Of a stretch of 12,813 bases of DNA, positions 1 through 7,754 are shown piece after piece (positions within the stretch are counted from its first letter, which is position 1; each line of letters starts with the position of its first letter). The DNA is from Azolla caroliniana. Taxonomy: Eukaryota; Plantae; Polypodiophyta. Made by a program: the position numbers and the translations under genes. The stretch covers positions 1 to 12,813 of the forward strand of contig JBHGNT010001031.1 in assembly GCA_043228905.1 (NCBI GenBank), given 5' to 3'. Under the pieces are notes generated by a model. The model was given only the letters and a program-made list of their open reading frames with translations, was not told where the DNA came from and did not search any database.

Positions 1-183
1 GTTAAAGTAGTTTAGTTGAGATTAATAAAATAGTTACTTCTAATTATTAGTAAAATAAGATACTATTGTAATATTAGAGTATAAAACTTTTAGAAAATAA
101 TATGCGCAAACCCATAGGTTAAGAGCGTATCTTTTACGCATGAATAGCCCATGGTTTTCTATACTTAGAAACTATGGAAAGCA

Positions 184-777
184 TGTTGAATATAGTTAAG
201 ATCCCACTAGGAGAGATACACTATATACAATGAGTCATTTGATCTTGTGTCAAATTCCTGCGCTTTTGCACACACACAACATGATTCTAACAACAAAAAT
301 TTTGTGAACTTTACGTGAAATGTTGTACTAGGGTGGAGATGAAAGTTTCAAGTGAGCTAGAAATTGTCACATTGGTTCACAAGTTGAAGATAATGCTAGA
401 GAAGACTCATGTAAATAATCAACTATGTGATTATGTGATGCGGAAGTAGATTTGACGTATGTGTGTGTATGAGAGAAGAGAGTATACAGGAGATAGAAAG
501 AAAAACGTAAATCGTATATTAACAAGAAGAGTATAACAACCAGCAACTTACAAAGTAGAGGAGAAGGTGCTTATATGGTCACCGTCTCTCTACATTCTCT
601 CACTAAAGCTACCTCTCAAAAAAGGGGGGAAACCTTAACTACCTCAATAACTATGTATCATAGGATGTAAGTCCTATGACACATTAGTTATGTTACATAA
701 TGGTGGTGTGTTCACACACTTCACATATTCTCAGGGTGTGTTCCCACACTAGGTTAAGTTGAGTTTGATTCTCAACA
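184..777 (-). repeat. 3' LTR of a minus-strand Ty1/copia element
   Basis: On the minus strand it starts TGTTGAGAATCAA right after a purine tract (GAAGGGGCG) and the pol tail. It is colinear and clearly homologous (but diverged) to LTR 6190-6719: (TG)n-(GA)n tract, GTATATTAACAA, GGTGCTT.TAT..TCACC. The left boundary (TGTTG at 184) is inferred. Confidence 0.6.
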
Positions 778-1156
778 CGCCCCTTCAAGCTCAACTTCCG
801 GTTGTTGAACAATCAACTTTCGTCTTTGCTGGTTTTTGGCTCCGACTTCAATGATGTTCGGCTTTGGCTTTGGCCTTTGTATGTGTCCGACTCACTCTTC
901 TTTTGTGTTCGGTTTTCATCCATCTTTGGCTTCCTGGCTCTGTTTCTCTAGCTCACTCCCCCTTAAGCTCAGTAGGTCGAAGGTCGAAAGACCAAGGTCC
1001 GACGTGAATTGCCGAAGCTTGTCAGCTCCTAGAGCTTTCATGAAGATGTCGGCCGTTTGAAGATTTGTGCCGATATGTTGCAGGTCAACATCCCTTGTCC
1101 CCCGCCAAGACATGTTCTCGGATGAAGTGGTAGTGCACCTCAATCTACTTTGTCCG
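772..1156 (-). pseudogene. Copia RNase H C-terminal remnant plus in-frame C-terminal extension
   Basis: Translates K*IEVHYHFIREHVLAGD, frameshift, then DVDLQHIGTNLQTADIFMKALGADKLRQF...SLRGS...ELEGAC*. Closely parallels 11548-11760. Confidence 0.85.
778..786 (-). other. Polypurine tract (PPT) of the left copia
   Basis: Minus strand GAAGGGGCG directly abuts the LTR start TGTTG. Confidence 0.7.
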
Positions 1157-1372
1157 AAGAACAACCAAGAACAACCCCGCAATAACCAAGAACAACCCCG
1201 CAAACAAAACTTCTACTACTGGCAAGACGTTTCAAACACATGAGGCGGAGCATTCGGAAGAAGGGGGAGCAATCATGCCGGACCCAACCAACAAAACAAT
1301 TTTGTCGAGTGCGGGTATTGTGGCAAATTCGGCCACTACGAGGCAGAGTGTCAGAAGAGTGCATATTTTCTG
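1157..1372 (+). pseudogene. Copia gag C-terminal fragment with CCHC zinc knuckle
   Basis: 1310-1351 encodes CGYCGKFGHYEAEC (CX2CX4HX4C), preceded by an N/Q/R/G-rich linker. Confidence 0.75.
1163..1203 (+). repeat. 21-bp-period tandem duplication (AACCAAGAACAACCCCGCAA x2)
   Basis: Exact copies at 1163-1182 and 1184-1203. Confidence 0.9.
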
Positions 1373-1579
1373 AGTAATCTATTACATTCTATTCGACTCA
1401 GTTATATTCTACTTACAACTATATTATGGCAATTAGTCGATCATGATACGTCTATATGATATTGTACGCTACCTAGTAAGTGAGTTCGTGTTCCATTTGT
1501 AACTCCATAGTTTCTTGATAGAATGTTCGACCCTGTTGTGTTGTCGGTCTCAGTAGTCGACTGTCAGCCGAACAACAAT

Positions 1580-2647
1580 GCAGATCTACCCGCTAGAAGC
1601 ACCCTGTAGCTGATACACATATAACGACTACATGGCACATCATTATGCGTACGTGACGAAAGTGGCAGAAGTGTGTGAGCCGAAGAGCTACGCAGAAGCA
1701 ACAAAGGATGCAAATTGGTGCGTCGCTATGAAGGAAGAAATGCGGGCACTTGATGTCAACGACACATGGAACCTGGTTGACCCTCCCCGACACTGCAAAC
1801 TGATCAGGGTATACAAGGGGAAATACAATGCCAACGATTCGGTCAACCGGTACAAGGCTCGGTTAGTGGCCAAGGGATATGGACAGACCCACGGACTTGA
1901 CTACGACGAGACCTTCGCTTTGGTAGCGAAGATGTCGATAGTTTGTGTGGTGCTGGTAGTTGCAGCGGCGAGGGGGTGACATCTCCCCAAATGGATGTGA
2001 AGAATGCGTTTCTTCAAGGAGATCTTGAGGAACAAGTATATATGTTCCAAACCCTTGGATTTCAATCAGAGATGAACAAGTGGGCAGTGTGTTGACTCAA
2101 GAAGTCACTTTATGGCTTGAAGCAAGCCCCCTGTGCTTGGATTTCGAAGATCACGCACCGGTTGTGTAAGATGAGGTTTGCAACCTCCAAGTCCGACTCT
2201 TCGTCGTTCATCCAAAAAGGTCTGAAAAGTTCGGTGTGCATTTTGCTATATGTCGATGACTTGGTCGTCACCGGAACCCGACCTCTCTGAAATCGATCGA
2301 GTCAAGTCCCAACAGTCGAAAGCATTTGAGATGACGAACCTGGGGGACCTTCACTACTTCCTCAGGATAGAAGTGATCCATACCCCCGACGACAATATTG
2401 GTATCTCAGTGACATTATGTGTTGAATATGTTATACAAGTTCGGCATGACCGATTGCCGACTGGTCTCAACACCCCTTGACCGGAATCAAAAGCTACGTC
2501 TCGACTCTGGACCGGCCTACAATGAGAAATGGTTCTGACAAATTGTCGGAAGCGTGATCTATCTTACTATCCAGTCGGGTGAAAGTCAATTCATGCAGAG
2601 GCCGACCGTCGAGCACCTTTAGTCGCGCATCGTCTATTGTGATACGT
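1580..2647 (+). pseudogene. Copia reverse transcriptase remnant (stops, frameshifts), interrupted by element B
   Basis: RSTR linker, EPKSYAEA, RYKARLVAKGY, QMDVKNAFLQG, LKKSLYGLKQAP, YVDDL (YVDD at 2249-2260), DLHYFL. Confidence 0.92.
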
Positions 2648-2702
2648 TGTCGTGAAGGATTTGCTTCACGATATAAAAATGAACTTAAATATTATATTTA
2701 GT

Positions 2703-2773
2703 AATATTTGAGAAACTTGATCCCACACCCTTATATATAAAGTACAATGTACATGCCACTAAGCTAGGCTATT
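2703..2773 (-). promoter_or_regulatory. tRNA-like Pol III module B1 (degenerate)
   Basis: A-box TAGCTTAGTGG (2766-2756); degenerate B-box GGATCAAGTTT (2723-2713); anticodon-like stem TTGTA/TATAA; T5 run downstream (2679-2675). Confidence 0.5.
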
Positions 2774-2839
2774 TATTTCAAAAAATACTGCAAAGAACGT
2801 GCTTCATGATATAAGAATGAAGCTAAATATTGTATTGAG

Positions 2840-2910
2840 TAAAATCAAGAGACTTGAACCCTCAACCTTGTATACCAAGCACAAGGTATTCACCACTTAG
2901 CTAGGTTAGT
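2840..2910 (-). promoter_or_regulatory. tRNA-like Pol III module B2
   Basis: A-box TAGCTAAGTGG (2903-2893); B-box GGTTCAAGTCT (2860-2850); anticodon-like arm TTGTG-CTTGGTA-TACAA; T-arm GAGGG-TTCAAGT-CTCTT. Confidence 0.65.
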
Positions 2911-2964
2911 TATTGTAGAACATATTTCCATCATTTAATATAGTTATCCCAGGTCTATTTTCTA

Positions 2965-3091
2965 CATGCAAGCTCATGCATCACATGTAATGCATGAACG
3001 CCCAATGACGATCATGCATCACATGCATTTCATGCATTGCATGCATGTCTTTACCCTCACATGCATTATATGCATGGGGACACCTATAAAA
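2965..3091 (+). promoter_or_regulatory. CATGCA (RY-motif) cluster followed by a TATA box in the B LTR
   Basis: About nine CATGCA/TGCATG motifs in ~110 bp, then TATAAAA at 3085-3091; repeated in the 3' LTR. Confidence 0.55.
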
Positions 3092-3153
3092 AGAGGGGAA
3101 TCAAGTGGGGGAAAATGATCAAGTGAAAGTTAGAGAAATAATATAATCAAACA

Positions 3154-3224
3154 AACAACTTAGCTCATTTGGGAAGATGCTCGTGTTCGAAGTTGGAGTC
3201 AAGGGTTCAAATCTAGAGTTCAGG
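3154..3224 (+). promoter_or_regulatory. tRNA-like Pol III module B3
   Basis: A-box TAGCTCATTTGG (3161-3172); B-box GGTTCAAATCT (3204-3214); CAA just upstream. Confidence 0.6.
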
Positions 3225-3314
3225 AAAAGAAAAGTTGAATATTGTGATCGACATTGTAACTTTGGTAAAACCTTGTGTTGCTAATATAAAGCTTGTTCTT
3301 ATAATACATTTTCA

Positions 3315-5175
3315 AAATTTCTGAAGATTTATAATGAAGAAATGCTTAAACGTGGTGTCGACGAAGCTGCAAAAATTAATAGCTTTAGTCGAGTCGTTGT
3401 GATTGGGCTACAAAAAATGATCCAAGAGCTACAGAGGGAGCATCAAACATAGGTGACTTTTGAAAGAGCATTATTGAATGAATACAACCTCAACGATATG
3501 TCAAGGATGACAAGGCGAGCTTTCATGGATTGGGTAAAGTCTAATAAACATTTAAGTGTTTTGGAAGTGTTAAAAGAGTTTTCAAAAAGATTTGAGGAAT
3601 TAAATGTTAGGGATAGAAATATAATAATGCTAGATAAAGTAATATTGTTTCTACAAACTACTAATATTAAAGATAGGAAGGACTTGGGAATGCTTCTGGA
3701 AGATCAGAATAGTCCGAGTGGACTTACTGATGACTGAGAGGAGGTGAAAAGGGCTTGCGTCCATTTCTATAAAAGAAAGTTATGGTTTATGGAGTTGCCG
3801 GAGAGAAATGAAGAAGAAATAGAGAACAAGTCGGGGGAAAAGAAAGTAGAAGAGTCACTCTTGCGCGAATGGGTGAAATGCATGAAAGACTTGTCGATCA
3901 AAGTGACGAAGTTGGAATCGGAACAAAGCTCAACTTCTTCAAGGCAAGGAGGTGGCATTGTTCGAACGTGTATGTGGTGCGACAGTGTCGACCACTGGAA
4001 AAAAGATTGTCAAGAACATAGGGATGCTCTTAATTATAATAAAATCTACTATCAAGATGGCAAGATTCACTCGATAGAGACTCGACAACCACTTCAATTC
4101 AACTTTGGGCGAGGTGGAATGAAAAATCTAATGGAAGATGCCGAGAGAGAAACGACTCAAGCAATACAATCCGTGGCAACCTTAGGGTTGTGTGTAGAAG
4201 ACTCATATGGTGGATCTGACTTTTGGCAAGATGTGATGGAGTATGCAAGAAAAGGGAAGGTTCGAGTGGATGAATTAAAAAGAGTAGGAGATGAAATACA
4301 GAACTTCACAGGATGGACTGATCCAGTGGACGCGCTATCAACATTTGCCCAAGTGAATGCACAAGAGGTACTAGTGGAAGAGAAGTGAAAGAGAGTCGAG
4401 GAGGCTGATTTGGCAATGAAAAATGAGAAACAAGAACAAGAGAGAAGAGAGATGGAAAAATATTCTCCTGAGCCGAAAGAAACTGATAAAGTCAAAGGGA
4501 AGACAGACCCAACTTTTAAGCTTGCTTCGGACACAGAAGCCACAACGGATATAAAACATGTGACTGAGGAAGTTACTAGAGGGTGTGCAGCAACACTCCA
4601 AGATTTGGATCACGGCATCATCAACGTTGCAAGTGTAAAGAAGATAAATGATGTTGGGATTCATGAAGGGGACAAGAGTCATTATACAAGGAACCATTGG
4701 GCTCAAGCAACAATGGAGGTGCCTACAAAAATTGGGGAGCAACAGATTCCTTGTATTGCTTTGATAGATCATGGATCGAAAATCAACATGATGTTGTTGA
4801 AATGTTATGCTCAAGGAAAGTGGCCAATCGATAAGAATCATGGGTGGAAGATAATAGTTGCGATAGAGACGATGGAGGATTTATTCGGAGTATGTCCTAG
4901 TGTCAAAGTAACAATGGGAGCTATGATGATGGATCAAAATTTCGTTGTGCAGGATAGATCAACCTACCCTGTCGTCCTTGGTCAACCATACATCAATGTA
5001 GTAAAGATGCAAACAAACGTGATTGATGATGGTTCGACTTTCGTGAGGATCAAGAGTCGGGATGGAAGGAAGAAGGACCAGTTCTTAACCGTGAGGTCTA
5101 ACCGTGAAAGAAAGAAAGAATGCTTGAGGGAACATCTAGTTCGAAAATGGAATGAAGAGTTTTTCCAAGATTTTG
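3315..5175 (+). pseudogene. Element B gag-protease ORF (one frame, three in-frame stops, 5'-truncated)
   Basis: Capsid-like region alignable to element A Gag; CCHC knuckle CMWCDSVDHWKKDC (3969-4010); aspartic protease ALIDHGS (DHG at 4767-4775) and VVLGQPY. Stops at 3450 and 3735 align with Trp in element A; the stop at 4386 is probably CGA>TGA. Confidence 0.88.
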
Positions 5176-5206
5176 GATTAACTTTGCACAACCAGTGTGC
5201 AAGTTC

Positions 5207-5218
5207 AGAGGGGGTGGG
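5207..5218 (+). other. PPT of element B
   Basis: AGAGGGGGTGGG abuts the 3' LTR start TGTCGT. Confidence 0.8.
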
Positions 5219-6063
5219 TGTCGTGAAGGATTTGCTTCACAATATAAAAATGAACTTAAATATTATATTTAGTAATATTTGAGAAACTTGATCCCACACC
5301 CTTATATATGAAGTACAATGTACATGCCACTAAGCTAGGCTATTTATTTCAAGAAATATTGCAAAGAATATGCTTCATGATATAAAAATGAAGCTAAATA
5401 TTGCATTGAGTAAAATCAAGAGACTTGAACCCTCAACCTTCTATACCAAACACAAGGTCTACACCACTTAGCTAGGTTAGTTATTGTAGTATTTCCATCA
5501 TTATAGTTATCCCATGTCTATTTTCTACATGCAAGCTCATGCATAACATGTAATGCATGAACGCCCAATGACGATCATGCATCACATGCATTTCATGCAT
5601 TGCATGCATGTCTTTACCCTCACATGCATTACATGCATAGGGACACCTATAAAAAGAGGGGAATCAAGTGGGGGAAAGCGATAAAGAGAAAGTTAGATAA
5701 ATAATATGATCAAACAAATAAGTTAGCTCATTTGGGAAGAGGGTCGTGTTCGAAGTTGGAGTCAAGGGTTCAAATCTAGAGTTCAGCAAAAGAAAAGTTG
5801 AATATTGTGATCGACATTGTAACTTTGGTAAAACCTTGTGTTGCTAATATAAGCTTGTTCTTAGAATACATTTTCACTTCTTAAATCATACATTGTCTCT
5901 CTCATCTTATCTATGCTCGTCTCTCTCTCACATTACTTTTAATTCTTCTTCTTCCTATCCTTAATCTTTCTAACATCAATGCACAAGCCTTATTAAAATT
6001 TACCCAACTCCCTTTAACCTTGGTCCCTGCGACCTCGCCACACGAACCACAACTACCTCGACA
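5219..6063 (+). repeat. Element B 3' LTR (845 bp)
   Basis: TGTCG...TCGACA followed by TSD ACGT. Carries tRNA-like modules at ~5274-5344 (-), 5411-5481 (-) and 5717-5787 (+). Confidence 0.92.
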
Positions 6064-6067
6064 ACGT

Positions 6068-6110
6068 GAGCGGCACTAAGGATCGAGGACTATTGTATCG
6101 ACACGGTGTC
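6068..6110 (+). pseudogene. Continuation of the plus-strand copia RT after element B
   Basis: Removing B and one ACGT copy restores RLL*YVSGTKDRGLLYRHG (copia RILRY..GT...GL.Y motif). Confidence 0.85.
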
Positions 6111-6189
6111 TTGAGCGAGCAAGCTCAACTGGATCCAGATCGGTATCCGGAATGGAGAACCAGGAGCCGGATCGGTGAAACCGGTAGGC

Positions 6190-6719
6190 TGTTAGAGGCC
6201 TACGAATCCAACCTAGTATGTAGGCATATTTTTGGGAGTCAATGACAATCGCTCGTGTGAGCATCGAAGTACTTGTCAGTCCTTTATGGACTTGTATAAA
6301 AGTGCTCTCTGAGCACATTCTATGTACAAAATTACTGTAAAGAATTGGGTGTGATTCTTGTGCAGCGGAACAAATATGAACTCTGTGTGTGTGTGTGTGT
6401 ATGAGAGAGAGAGAGTGAGAGTGAGACACAGAGAATACGCAAGGTTAAGTATATTAACAAAGGAGAAAGACTCAACATTTTACAAGGTGGGAGGAGGGTG
6501 CTTTATATAGTCACCCTCTCTCTTCATTAGCTACAAGACTCATGGAGCATGGGAAATGTGAAAGCTCATAAGTTATGTGTCATGGAATATGATTCTATGA
6601 ATCATACTACATGCTAGAATACAAAGTGGTGACATAATGGTGACTCTTGACCGTTGGAGTGTCTATTCACTCTCAAGGTGAGTTCACACAATAGACCAAG
6701 TTGAGCTTGATTCTCAACA
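6190..6719 (-). repeat. 3' LTR of the large copia (530 bp)
   Basis: TGTT...AACA termini; PPT GAGGGGGCA (6728-6720) adjacent; TATA-like CTATATAAAG at 6510-6501. Confidence 0.8.
6384..6426. repeat. Compound microsatellite (TG)8-(GA)n inside the copia LTR
   Basis: Directly visible; shorter equivalent at ~460-482. Confidence 0.9.
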
Positions 6720-6944
6720 TGCCCCCTCAAGCTCAAGTCGGGTCGGTTTCAGATGGTATTCGAAGTCTGCTTCGACTCGCATTCCGGAGTCCGCGTCGAC
6801 TCGCTTTATGCAGAGTTGCGGAATCCATGCTCCAGCTTGCGTTATGCGTAGTTGCGAAGTCTGTGCTTCGGCTTGCGTGTTTCTTCGCGGCTTTGCGCGG
6901 TAGATCGGCTCTTCGCGGCTTCGATGCGTGGTTGCGGAATCCAC
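6714..6944 (-). pseudogene. Distal part of the copia pol C-terminal extension (repeat-derived)
   Basis: In frame with RNase H after removing A and C; ends ELEGAC* across the PPT/LTR junction; built from GTTGCGGAATCC-type repeats. Confidence 0.55.
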
Positions 6945-6948
6945 ACGT

Positions 6949-7716
6949 TGTCGTAGTGTATTTCGTACACTACGTGAAAAAGTAAAAATAATATAACTGA
7001 TTTAATTACATATAAATAAATAAAATAATATATCAAGATATTTATCACGTGCATAGGGCAGGATTCGAACCCTGTACCTCCACGTGGCCAAACCTCAACT
7101 TTACCATTATGCTACCTTATCTTTAGTGTTCTATAAATAGATTTAATAAGTATAATTGCTTTATTTACGCCTACCTTTATTAAAAGGTAAATCATGCATT
7201 TTTAGAGTGCGTGAATAGAAAAACGCAAGCAACTAAAAAGTGACTCATGCACATCTAGCGTGCATGAGCACTATATTTAGCAAATAAAAGTAGCAAATAA
7301 AAGCAAGGATTAGAAAAGCATCACATGCACATTTAGTGTGCATGAACATATTAGAAAAAAAGCATGTAGCTATGCTTAGTCTCTCCCATCACTACATAAG
7401 GATGGGGAGCACAATGTAATAGGCGTGTGAAAAATATTTGGGAAATTGGATATATTTCCTAAAACACCAATTAATAAACTATACTCGTGGGATTCACGAG
7501 AATTCTATATCATTCTCTTTCAACCGAAGTTTATATTCTTATATTCATATTGATTAATCAAATACAATACACTCGTGGGATTCACGAGTTTGCTATAACT
7601 CTTTCTTACAACATATTTATATTCTTATTAGCCTTAAAACTCTCCTCTTCCTAGTCCAAAACCCCGGTGGTTCCCACCCGACTCACGCAAACGATCCGGA
7701 GCCGAAAGGCACGACA
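6949..7716 (+). repeat. Element A 5' LTR
   Basis: Direct repeat of 9570-10337. Confidence 0.97.
7051..7121 (-). promoter_or_regulatory. tRNA-like Pol III module in the A 5' LTR
   Basis: A-box TAGCATAATGG (7114-7104); consensus B-box GGTTCGAATCC (7071-7061); partial acceptor stem ATAAGG/CCCTAT; T4 run ~25 nt downstream. Confidence 0.75.
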
Positions 7717-7720
7717 CAGT

Positions 7721-7738
7721 TGGTGAACCCGACGTGAA
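7721..7738 (+). other. Primer-binding site complementary to the tRNA-Trp 3' end
   Basis: TGGTGAACCCGACGTGAA is the reverse complement of TTCACGTCGGGTTCA-CCA, the plant cytosolic tRNA-Trp 3' end as I recall it; 4 nt after the LTR. Confidence 0.85.
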
Positions 7739-7754
7739 GGCGGGTGGCAAGGAG

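Larger units (their letters stand above)
2648..3314 (+). repeat. Element B 5' LTR, 3'-truncated
   Basis: Aligns to 5219-5876 at roughly 95% identity by eye with three small indels; fused directly to gag, so U5 and the PBS are missing. Confidence 0.92.
2648..6063 (+). mobile_element. Element B: non-autonomous Ty3/gypsy-type LTR retrotransposon (gag-protease only), decayed
   Basis: TGTCG...CGACA termini, two LTR copies, PPT before the 3' LTR, 4-bp TSD ACGT (2644-2647 / 6064-6067); no RT/RH/IN motifs. Confidence 0.9.

Noticed and set aside
149-177. Imperfect inverted repeat CCATGGTTTTCTA...TAGAAACTATGG
   Set aside because: Single imperfect stem in an unassigned AT-rich flank with no supporting context
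184-6719. LTRs 184-777 and 6190-6719 as the two ends of one element
   Set aside because: Too diverged; both are preceded by a PPT (both are 3' LTRs) and no PBS follows 6190 on the minus strand
7051-7121. Functional tRNA gene
   Set aside because: Acceptor, D and anticodon stems are broken and no anticodon can be assigned; kept only as a tRNA-like promoter module
7690-7716. GCC-GAAA-GGC resembling hammerhead stem II (retrozyme idea, given the 4-bp TSD)
   Set aside because: No CUGANGA upstream and no GAAA core downstream on either strand
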